Below are positions 13,987 through 21,729 of a stretch of 24,000 bases of DNA, in pieces. Under the pieces are notes generated by a model that saw nothing but the letters and a program-made list of their open reading frames with translations, was not told the DNA's origin and did no database searches. Source of the stretch: Brunnivagina elsteri CCALA 953 (lineage in GTDB: Bacteria; Cyanobacteriota; Cyanobacteriia; Cyanobacteriales; Nostocaceae); the NCBI RefSeq assembly GCF_002289455.1, contig NZ_NTFS01000032.1, positions 5,174 through 29,173 on the forward strand, given 5' to 3'. The position numbers and the translations under genes are program-made. Within the stretch, counting starts at the first letter, position 1, and each line of letters opens with the position of its first letter.

Positions 13987-15174
13987 ATGAAAATATTAGT
14001 ATTGAGTTGGGAATTTCCACCACGAATTATTGGGGGTATTGCCCGTCACGTTGGTGAATTGTACCCGGATATGGTTAAGTTGGGACATAAGGTACATGTA
14101 ATCACCCCTGAGTTTGGGAATGCACCAATGTACGAAGTCGTTGAGGGAATCCAAGTGCATCGGGTTCCTGTCAATCCTGGAAACGATTTTTTTCACTGGG
14201 TAGTTAACCTCAATCAAAGTATGGGGCAGCATGGTGGTAAAGTCATGGCAGAGGAAGGGGATTTTGATTTAATTCATGCCCATGATTGGTTAGTGGGAGA
14301 TGCTGCGATCGCGCTCAAACACACTTTTAAAGTACCATTGATTGCCACCATTCACGCCACCGAATATGGTAGACATAATGGGATTCACAACGATATTCAA
14401 GATTATATTAATGGTAAAGAAGAGCTTTTAGCTTTTAATGCATGGCGAATAATCGTCTGTACCGATTATATGCGTCGTGAGGTGGAACATGCATTACATA
14501 GTCCTTGGGATAAAATCGACGTAATTTATAATGGGATTCGTGCAGAAAAGAAACTTCACCATCAAAATTTTCACGCTCAAGATTTTCGCCGTTTTTTTGC
14601 CGAAGATGATGAGAAAATAGTTTACTATGTTGGTCGAATGACCTATGAGAAAGGTGTTTCTGTCTTGTTAAATGCAGCTACTAAGGTGCTGTGGGAAATG
14701 GGTGGAAATGTCAAGTTTGTGATTATTGGTGGTGGTAATACTGAACACCTGAAAAAGCAAGCTTGGGATATGGGTATTTGGAATAAATGTTATTTCACTG
14801 GGTTTATTTCCGATGAGTACTTAGATAAATTTCAAACAGTTGCTGACTGTGCTGTATTTCCGAGTCTTTATGAACCCTTTGGTATAGTTGCTTTAGAGAG
14901 TTTTGCTTCTCGTGTACCAGTAGTTGTATCGGATACAGGTGGTTTTCCTGAAGTTGTTCAACACAGCAAAACGGGTATTGTGACTCATACAAATAATTCT
15001 GATTCCCTAGCTTGGGGAATTTTGGAAGTATTAAAACATCCAGGATACAGACAATGGTTAATTGATAATGCTTATCTGGATTTAGAGCGTCGTTTTAATT
15101 GGGCAAAAATCGCGAAACAAACCGAAGATGTTTACACAAGGGTTGTGGAAGAAAGACATCGAGTTGAATGGTAA
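13987..15174 (+). CDS. Glycosyltransferase, family 4 (GT-B fold)
   Basis: MKILVLSWEFPPRIIGGIARHV at the N-terminus. The C-terminal motif is PSLYEPFGIVALESFASRVPVVVSDTGGFPEVV (E-x7-E type). Confidence 0.85.
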   Translation: MKILVLSWEFPPRIIGGIARHVGELYPDMVKLGHKVHVITPEFGNAPMYEVVEGIQVHRVPVNPGNDFFHWVVNLNQSMGQHGGKVMAEEGDFDLIHAHDWLVGDAAIALKHTFKVPLIATIHATEYGRHNGIHNDIQDYINGKEELLAFNAWRIIVCTDYMRREVEHALHSPWDKIDVIYNGIRAEKKLHHQNFHAQDFRRFFAEDDEKIVYYVGRMTYEKGVSVLLNAATKVLWEMGGNVKFVIIGGGNTEHLKKQAWDMGIWNKCYFTGFISDEYLDKFQTVADCAVFPSLYEPFGIVALESFASRVPVVVSDTGGFPEVVQHSKTGIVTHTNNSDSLAWGILEVLKHPGYRQWLIDNAYLDLERRFNWAKIAKQTEDVYTRVVEERHRVEW

Positions 15175-15184
15175 TTACCCGTAG

Positions 15185-15214
15185 GGGCAAACGGTTGTTT
15201 GCCCTTTTATTTTC
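15185..15214 (+). terminator. Rho-independent terminator of the glycosyltransferase gene
   Basis: Perfect 8-bp stem gggcaaac/gtttgccc with loop ggtt, followed by ttttatttt. It begins 11 nt after the stop. Confidence 0.7.
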
Positions 15215-15293
15215 ATGATTTTTAATATATACATGATTTTTAATACATATAAGAGGGCGAACAGCCGTATCGCCCCTACGATAAAATATAATT

Positions 15294-15400
15294 ATACAGC
15301 ACTTCCGGCAGCTATGAGGTACATACTAAAAGCTGAAAGCTATGATTAGAATAGAACTGAGGGGAACAACTGTATTATGTAATAGCCGGAAGTGCTGTAT
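15294..15400. repeat. 107-bp unit bounded by perfect 16-bp inverted repeats (MITE-like or large hairpin)
   Basis: atacagcacttccggc (15294-15309) and gccggaagtgctgtat (15385-15400) are exact reverse complements. Confidence 0.6.
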
Positions 15401-15464
15401 TTGGGTGTAAATAATGATTGCCCATAATTAAAGAATAATTAATTTAGCGATCGCAATCCACTTC

Positions 15465-15715
15465 ATGCAATTATGTCAACGACCCAGGTCTAAAGACACT
15501 GGGCTTCCAGCCTAAGACTTAGATTACAGTTGACCAGATTAAGTCTTAACTGACTACGTTTAAGGTAAGAGTTAAAGACCTACAAAGGGATGCGAAGCTA
15601 GTTCCTTGCTCTAGAAATTGAGGGTTAAACAGATTTATTGGGTTAAGTCAGTGCCTTCAATATAGTACCGACCTTAAACATTATCGAAGCTAACATTACC
15701 CGAAAGGAGGGACTT
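15465..15715 (+). ncRNA. Candidate omega RNA scaffold of the IscB locus. The 5' boundary is approximate; the guide is expected just upstream.
   Basis: ORF-free and same strand as iscB, ending at its RBS. Local stems are the hairpin 15483-15503 (cccag-gtc-taaa-gac-a-ctggg) and a perfect 9-bp stem 15513-15521/15540-15548. Long-range complements are 15558-15565/15672-15679 and a crossing pair 15549-15555/15646-15652. Confidence 0.55.
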
Positions 15716-16999
15716 ATGTCCAAAATATTCGTATTAGATACTGAGGAACGACCATTAGACCCAATACATCCAGCACATGCTAGACAATTATTACGAAACA
15801 AAAAAGCAGCAGTTTTTAGACAATTCCCATTCACAATTATCCTCAAAGAATCAAGACCAGAATCAGCAGTTTCGTCACTTAGACTAAAAATAGACCCTGG
15901 AGCAAAGTTCACAGGGATTGCCTTAGTTAACGATTCAACTGGAGAGGTTATAAATGCTTTCGAGTTAAAACATAGAGGCTTTGCAATTAGAGATGCTTTA
16001 ACTTGCAGAAGACAATTAAGACGTTCTAGACGTGCTAGAAAAACTCGTTACAGAAAACCAAGATTTTTAAATAGAACTCGTCCAGACAGTTGGCTAGCTC
16101 CAAGCTTGCAAAGTCGGATTGATAATATCAAGACTTGGGTTGAGAAGTTGCGTAAATTTGCGCCAATTGAAGCAATTGCAAGCGAACTTGTACGCTTTGA
16201 TATGCAACTAATGGCGAATCCGGATATTCAAGGCAAGGAATATCAACAAGGAACTTTAGCAGGTTATGAAACGAGAGAATACCTACTAGAAAAGTGGGGT
16301 AGACGATGCGCTTACTGTGGCGTAAAAGACGTTCCCTTTCAAGTTGAGCATATTCATCCGAGAGCTAAAGGCGGTAGTAATTCAATTACAAACCTGACCT
16401 TAAGTTGCGAAAAATGCAACACAAAAAAAGGGACTAAAGATATCAAAGAGTTCCTCAAAAAAGACACTTCTAGATTAGAAAAAATCTTGAAACAAGCTAA
16501 ACGACCATTGGCAGATGTCGCAGCCGTAAACACAACTCGATTTGCGTTGTTAAAAACTTTAAAAGCTACCGGATTGCCAGTAGAAACAGGTTCAGGAGGA
16601 TTAACCAAGTTTAATCGCAGTCAACAAAAACTAGAAAAAACCCACTGGATTGATGCAGCTTGCGTTGGAGAATCAACTCCAATTCTCAATATTAAAGGGG
16701 TTAAACCATTGTTAATTACTGCGTCGGGGCATGGCACGAGACAATCATGCAGAACGGATAAATACGGTTTCCCAAGTCGTCACTGCTCTAGAACTAAATT
16801 CCATTTTGGTTTTCAAACTGGAGACATTGTTAAAGCTGTCGTAAAAACTGGCAAAAAAGTTGGTGAATATGTTGGAAGAATAGCAACTCGTGCTACCGGA
16901 AGCTTCAACATTTCTACGACTAACGGATTACTTCAAGGTATTTCCCATAGATATTGTAAAGCCATCCATAAAAAAGATGGTTATGGATATTCAAATTGA
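15716..16999 (+). CDS. iscB: IscB: IS200/IS605-associated RNA-guided RuvC/HNH nuclease (Cas9-ancestor class, also annotated as an RRXRR-domain HNH endonuclease)
   Basis: The domain order is: PLMP-like ERPLDPIHPAHARQLLRNKKA; RuvC-I LKIDPGAKFTGIALV; Arg-rich helix RRQLRRSRRARKTRYRKPRF; RuvC-II ASELVRFD; HNH CAYCG..VEHIHPRAKGGSNSITNLTLSCEKCNTKKG; RuvC-III HWIDAACVG. An AAGGAGGG RBS lies 5-11 nt upstream of the ATG. Confidence 0.9.
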   Translation: MSKIFVLDTEERPLDPIHPAHARQLLRNKKAAVFRQFPFTIILKESRPESAVSSLRLKIDPGAKFTGIALVNDSTGEVINAFELKHRGFAIRDALTCRRQLRRSRRARKTRYRKPRFLNRTRPDSWLAPSLQSRIDNIKTWVEKLRKFAPIEAIASELVRFDMQLMANPDIQGKEYQQGTLAGYETREYLLEKWGRRCAYCGVKDVPFQVEHIHPRAKGGSNSITNLTLSCEKCNTKKGTKDIKEFLKKDTSRLEKILKQAKRPLADVAAVNTTRFALLKTLKATGLPVETGSGGLTKFNRSQQKLEKTHWIDAACVGESTPILNIKGVKPLLITASGHGTRQSCRTDKYGFPSRHCSRTKFHFGFQTGDIVKAVVKTGKKVGEYVGRIATRATGSFNISTTNGLLQGISHRYCKAIHKKDGYGYSN

Positions 17000-17041
17000 T
17001 AAATATTCACTGCGGTTAAAACCGCTTGAGTCGTTTTTCCT

Positions 17042-17062
17042 CTCAGCGCTAAAGCGACTGAG
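17042..17062 (+). other. Hairpin downstream of iscB, structurally homologous to the hairpin at 15483-15503. Candidate IS right-end hairpin.
   Basis: ctcag-cgc-taaa-gcg-a-ctgag compared with cccag-gtc-taaa-gac-a-ctggg. Both share the TAAA loop, the bulged A and the 3' flank TTCCA. Every stem difference is compensatory. Confidence 0.6.
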
Positions 17063-17132
17063 TTTCCAAACATCCCAGGAGTTTTTATGACAACCCTGAT
17101 TTTTCTCTTCACGGGCTAATTACAGAAGGTAT

Positions 17133-18176
17133 ATGACGAAAATTGCGATGTTCCGTAAAATTATTTTCACAAATAGAAATCTCATTAACCCAGCAAAAAG
17201 CTGCAAAACTGCCGCAATTACTTTCATAACTGCCAGTTTTATCATATTTCCTGCGATCGCAACAGCTAAACCCTATCTCAAAGGTAATCCCGCAAATGTA
17301 AATCCTCCTTTGGCAGGTGCGGTTTACAATCTTGGTGGTGGGGGAACTGATGTAGATGGGGCAATTCAATGGATGATTAATAATGCACGGGGATGCGAAA
17401 AATGTTCCAGTAAGGTTGATGTTGTCATAATTCGTGCTGCTGGTAGTGATGCTTATAATCAACCTATTTCTGAAATGGATGGAGTTGATTCAGTAGAAAC
17501 CTTGGTAATTACAAGTAAATCGGATGCAAATACACCTAGTGTTGTGGAAGCGGTTAAGAATGCGGAAGTGATTTTTTTTGCTGGTGGTGACCAATGTAAG
17601 TACGTGGAGAATTTCCAAAATACTAAGCTAGAAAAGGCTGTAGAATCGGTTTCTGCCCGTGGTGGAGCGGTGGGTGGAACCAGTGCCGGAGCGATGATTC
17701 AAAGTGATTTTGTTTACAATTCTTGCCTTAGTAATATTGAATCACGGGATGCTCTGGATGACCCCTATCGTGATATTGATTTTACCTACAACTTCTTACC
17801 TTGGGTGAATTTAAAATATACCGTTGTTGATACCCACTTTGATAAACGCGATCGCATGGGTAGATTAATGGCTTTTACCGCTCGACAAGTTCAAGATGGG
17901 AAAGCAAAATCTGCCCTGGGAATTGGGGTTAGTGAAGCAACATCTGTAGTTGTCGATCGCAATGGAATAGCAAAGGTTATTGGTAAAGGTTCGGCATATT
18001 TTGTTTTAGCTGACCATTTACCGAAGGTTTGCGAAAAGGGGAAACCGTTGAGTTATGCGGATTTTAAAATTTGGAAAGTCAATAATGGTGAAACATTTAA
18101 CTTACGAAATTATCCCCAAAAAGGATATTATTTGCGAAGTGTCGATCGGGGAAGAATTGATTCTAATCCGTATTAA
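17133..18176 (+). CDS. Secreted peptidase S51 / cyanophycinase-like protein
   Basis: The N-terminal hydrophobic segment ends in AIATA. The motifs FFAGGDQ and GGAVGGTSAGAMIQ resemble the Ser-nucleophile region of cyanophycinase-type enzymes. Confidence 0.7.
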   Translation: MTKIAMFRKIIFTNRNLINPAKSCKTAAITFITASFIIFPAIATAKPYLKGNPANVNPPLAGAVYNLGGGGTDVDGAIQWMINNARGCEKCSSKVDVVIIRAAGSDAYNQPISEMDGVDSVETLVITSKSDANTPSVVEAVKNAEVIFFAGGDQCKYVENFQNTKLEKAVESVSARGGAVGGTSAGAMIQSDFVYNSCLSNIESRDALDDPYRDIDFTYNFLPWVNLKYTVVDTHFDKRDRMGRLMAFTARQVQDGKAKSALGIGVSEATSVVVDRNGIAKVIGKGSAYFVLADHLPKVCEKGKPLSYADFKIWKVNNGETFNLRNYPQKGYYLRSVDRGRIDSNPY

Positions 18177-18179
18177 TTA

Positions 18180-18784
18180 GAGTAAACCACAAAATCAATG
18201 ATCCTGTGTTGTCATTCTGTAGCTTGCTACTTACAGAAGCCGCTTGCGCGTCTACCCGCCTGACTTTTCACGGTAAGTCCTCAACCAACCAAACTACGTA
18301 GCTTTTTCCACTGGCTCATTCGCAAGAGTATTAAATTGATGACAATAGGTAACGGAAAAATAGGGGTTGAGAGAAAGCGCAAAATGACCTTTTCCACATG
18401 CCGTGAAAAGTCAGGTCTACCCGCAGGGTGGAACGTACGCGCTGAGTCGCAAAGCGACACGCTGCGCGAACGCGTTGCCGCAGGCTAGAATCTTGCGGAG
18501 ATGCTAGAGAACTCCACAGAAAGAAATGCCCAATGTCATTCTGTAGCTTGCTTCCCGCAGGGTGGAACGTAAGCGCTGAGTCGCCGACACGCTGCGCGAA
18601 CGCGTTACCGCAGGCTAGAATCTCGCGTAGATGCTTCGTTCCTCAGCATGACAACACAGGATCATTCATTTTGTGGCTTACTCCTACCCTTCGGGAAGTC
18701 TTTCGCCTACGTTCCTCAGCATCTCGCGTAGATGCTTCGTTCCTCAGCATGACAACACAGGATCATTGATTTTGTGGCTTACTC
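18180..18784. mobile_element. Cluster of nested or tandem MITE-like elements filling the whole intergenic region
   Basis: The left terminal repeat is gagtaaaccacaaaatcaatgatcctgtgttgtcat at 18180. Matching right ends (reverse complement) are at 18645-18683 and 18746-18784. An 80-nt internal segment is duplicated (18420-18505 and 18554-18635). A smaller inverted-repeat unit tgacttttcacgg...ccgtgaaaagtca (18261-18413) is flanked by gtctacccgc on both sides. Confidence 0.75.
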
Positions 18785-19939
18785 TTACTGTAATTGTCGC
18801 AAACTTTGCACAGTTGAAATAACCTGCTGTGCAACTATTTCTATCTCTTCTTCCGTATTAAATCTACCAATTCCAAAGCGTATCGATGCGTAAGCTAACT
18901 TTTCAGAATGTCCTAAAGCTGTGAGAACATGGGAAGATAAGGTATTTGTTGAAGAACAAGCTGAACCGGAAGAAACTGCCATTACCGACTGCAAACCCAA
19001 AAGTAAAGCTGCACCATCCACACTTTCAAAGCTAATATTTAAATTACCTGGAAGTCTTTGGGTTGGATGTCCATTGAGATGAATCCCTTCGAGTTGTGAA
19101 AGCAGTTTCCACAATTTTTCTCTGAGTTTAGTGATGCGATCGCTCTCTTTTTCTCGTTCTGCTAAGGCAATTTCTATCGCTTTGCCAAAACCGACGATTT
19201 GCGGTGTGTACAATGTCCCTGAACGCATTCCCCGCTCATGTCCTCCCCCATGTAGCTGGGGAGCTAATTTGACTCTCGGATTGCGACGACGGACGTATAA
19301 AGCTCCAATTCCTTTTGGTGCGTAGATTTTATGTCCTGTGAACGACATCAAGTCAATTTGCATTGTCTGGACATCAAGGGGAATCTTTGCGATCGCTTGC
19401 GCTGAATCAGTATGGAAAACGGTATTTTTTTTATGGCATATTCTGCCAATTTCTGCAAGTGGTTGTAATACTCCAATTTCGTTATTTGCTGCCATAATTG
19501 ATACTAAAATGGTATCATCACGGATGGTTTTTTCTAGTAAGTTTAAGTCAATTAATCCATCTTTTTCGACGGGAAGAATTGTAATTTCAAATCCGAGAGT
19601 TTCTAAATATTTACAAGGGTCAATTACCGCATTATGTTCGGTTGCTAAGGTGATAATATGTTGACCTTTTTGAAAATAAGCTTCAGCAATACCTTTAATT
19701 GCTAAATTATTTGCTTCCGTTGCTCCACTAGTAAATATAATTTCTTCTGGTGAAGCATTAATTGCATTTGCTAATATTTGTCGTGCATTTTTGACCGCAG
19801 CTTCTGCTTCCCAACCATATTGATGATTGATGCTAGATGGATTGCCAAAGTATTCTGTAAAGTAGGGAAGCATGGTATCAACAACCCTTTGATCGACTGG
19901 TGTGGTTGCCTGGTTATCGAGGTAGATGGGGCGATGCAT
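18785..19939 (-). CDS. Cysteine desulfurase, class V aminotransferase (NifS/IscS family)
   Basis: SFTGHKIYAPKGIGALY (PLP lysine), HGGGHERGMRSGT and SSGSACSS (catalytic Cys). Confidence 0.9.
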   Translation of the reverse strand: MHRPIYLDNQATTPVDQRVVDTMLPYFTEYFGNPSSINHQYGWEAEAAVKNARQILANAINASPEEIIFTSGATEANNLAIKGIAEAYFQKGQHIITLATEHNAVIDPCKYLETLGFEITILPVEKDGLIDLNLLEKTIRDDTILVSIMAANNEIGVLQPLAEIGRICHKKNTVFHTDSAQAIAKIPLDVQTMQIDLMSFTGHKIYAPKGIGALYVRRRNPRVKLAPQLHGGGHERGMRSGTLYTPQIVGFGKAIEIALAEREKESDRITKLREKLWKLLSQLEGIHLNGHPTQRLPGNLNISFESVDGAALLLGLQSVMAVSSGSACSSTNTLSSHVLTALGHSEKLAYASIRFGIGRFNTEEEIEIVAQQVISTVQSLRQLQ

Positions 19940-20158
19940 TTTGGATTTTGGGATTTTGGGGATAATAAAATGTTTGAAAATAAAATATTTGAAAATAAAA
20001 TGCTTTAAATCGCGCAGAGACGCAGAGGCGCGGAGGAGGAGTTAAGATGTTAATTTATCGTAGTATGTAGATTCTTTCTGCATTCTGAATCCTGCATTTT
20101 GACTTCTGCATTCTGAATCCTGACTCCTGACTCCTGCCTTCTGAATCCTGACTCCTGC
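19938..20158. repeat. Short tandem repeat tracts (STRR-like heptamers and a 15-mer)
   Basis: attttgg units at 19938-19961. tttgaaaataaaat x2-3 at 19964-20006. cgcagag-like units at 20012-20040. ctgaatc/ctgactc/ctgcatt heptamers at 20078-20158. Confidence 0.75.
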
Positions 20159-20159
20159 T

Positions 20160-21494
20160 TTATTGTACTAGTTTATTTATGATGCATTCGGCGATGCGTT
20201 GTGCTGCTCCTGGTTTTCCCATTCTGCGTAAGCCGTTTTCAGCAATGATGTGTAATTTGTCGGGGTAAGCGAGGAGGTTTTTTACTTGTTTGCCGAGGTT
20301 TTGTGGTTGTTCTACCAAGATTATGGAATCACCTAAGAGACGACTTTGTGCTTCGGCAAATCCTGGGTTAAATTGTGGTCCTTTTCCGGGTATGGTAAAT
20401 GCTGGTTTGCCTAAACCGACGAATTGCTCGGTTCCTGTTCCTGCCATTGCGATCGCAATATCTCCCATGTGCAAGCAGTCGTTATAGGCTTTTTGTGTTA
20501 GCAGAAAATATGCATTTTTTTGTTTAAATGTCAATGCTTGAGGGTCGGAAAATTTCAAAGGTAGTTCTTCGATGGGGGATGGTTTCCAGCCGTGGGAGGT
20601 GACAAATTTGGTGAGAATGCTACAGTCAAGATTGGGTGCGATCGCTCCTAAGAAAATCATCGGAGTTGAGGTGTTGGATAGGGAATTGCGAGACATATCG
20701 CACATGGTTTCCATTAGGGATGATGTTCCCAGCATTACTTGCTCCCAATTTTCATAGGCTTCGGGAATGCGGGAACCTGGTAATAAGGTTACGATTAATG
20801 GACGAATAGTTTCTTTACGTTCGGCATCGGTTTCATATAAACGATAAGTTGGAAAAGAAGGTTGTAAATCATCCATCATTGGGTTGCCTAAATCGAAGGC
20901 AGGAATCCCCATTTCTGCTAATATTTTTGTTGTTAAATAGTCTCTAGGAAAGATAGCTTTGCAGGGATTTTTAGTCATTAACCATCGTTCCCAAGGATGG
21001 TAAATTGAACCTGAAAAGTTTTCCCAATATGCACCTTTATTTTTGCGCTTCAATAATCCGAATTCATCGCGTACATAATACTCAGATTTTGCTGTTCCTA
21101 CAAATGCATAGTTGGTTCCGCTAACATATGCAAATAATAATGGGAGAATGTCACCGACGGCTAAAATAGCAGTGGGATTATCAGTTTGTTTTTGAGCTTT
21201 TACCCATTGTCTAACTACTTTGATTTGATTGAGAGTCAGTTTTATTAAACCTCCTTGAACATCCCGCATCAATTGCCGTCCATCCATATAAACGAATCCA
21301 CCTGATGGCATTGTTTTCACGGAACCAATCACGGGAATATTCAGTTTTTGATAAGCATATCCTTCTCCAACTAAGGGTAGTGCGAATATTTCTGGAGGAT
21401 TGGGTAATTGCAAAAGTTCGTGCAAAATCCTCACAGCGATTATATCTTCACCATGTCCGTTACTTAATACCAGTAGCTTTAATTGGGAGGTCAT
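20160..21494 (-). CDS. Lipid-A-disaccharide synthase-related protein (LpxB-like, cyanobacterial type)
   Basis: The N-terminus LKLLVLSNGHGEDIIAVRIL and overall size match my memory of the cyanobacterial LpxB-related family. The gene is divergent from Omp85. Not verified by search. Confidence 0.6.
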   Translation of the reverse strand: MTSQLKLLVLSNGHGEDIIAVRILHELLQLPNPPEIFALPLVGEGYAYQKLNIPVIGSVKTMPSGGFVYMDGRQLMRDVQGGLIKLTLNQIKVVRQWVKAQKQTDNPTAILAVGDILPLLFAYVSGTNYAFVGTAKSEYYVRDEFGLLKRKNKGAYWENFSGSIYHPWERWLMTKNPCKAIFPRDYLTTKILAEMGIPAFDLGNPMMDDLQPSFPTYRLYETDAERKETIRPLIVTLLPGSRIPEAYENWEQVMLGTSSLMETMCDMSRNSLSNTSTPMIFLGAIAPNLDCSILTKFVTSHGWKPSPIEELPLKFSDPQALTFKQKNAYFLLTQKAYNDCLHMGDIAIAMAGTGTEQFVGLGKPAFTIPGKGPQFNPGFAEAQSRLLGDSIILVEQPQNLGKQVKNLLAYPDKLHIIAENGLRRMGKPGAAQRIAECIINKLVQ

Positions 21495-21507
21495 ATTTAT
21501 AGATATA

Positions 21508-21551
21508 GGGAATTGGGAATTGGGAATTGGACATTGGGCATTACGGATTGG
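21508..21551. repeat. STRR-like heptamer tract
   Basis: gggaatt x3, then ggacatt, gggcatt, acggatt. Confidence 0.75.
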
Positions 21552-21729
21552 TTCTAGTACTGACTTTCTACTCCCTTGGTAAATTTAAGAAACAAAAATA
21601 CATAAGTCATAGTCTCATTAGTTACGAGGAATGATAAATGGGGGAGAAGAACCTTGGTGCAGGAAGTTGTGTTATCCCCATTCTGTTACCTCGCTACAAC
21701 TAATCCCCGGTGAAATCAGGCTAATTTTT

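Noticed and set aside
18420-18640. Possible CRISPR array, suggested by repeated roughly 80-nt segments
   Set aside because: There are only two copies, the repeats are long and carry MITE termini, there is no regular repeat-spacer period, and there are no cas genes. The heptamer tracts at 20078-20158 and 21508-21551 are STRR-type rather than CRISPR.
18533-18769. 78-aa ORF inside the intergenic region
   Set aside because: It lies entirely within MITE-like repeats that recur elsewhere in the window, so it is most likely a chance frame.
21631-21729. Upstream extension of the Omp85 ORF (MINGGEEPWCRKL...), and likewise the 12029 start of tldD
   Set aside because: The extensions lack signal-peptide or conserved character. 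The internal ATGs give N-termini that fit the protein families: MRVSKVAIMTLASV for Omp85 and MVTQF for TldD.
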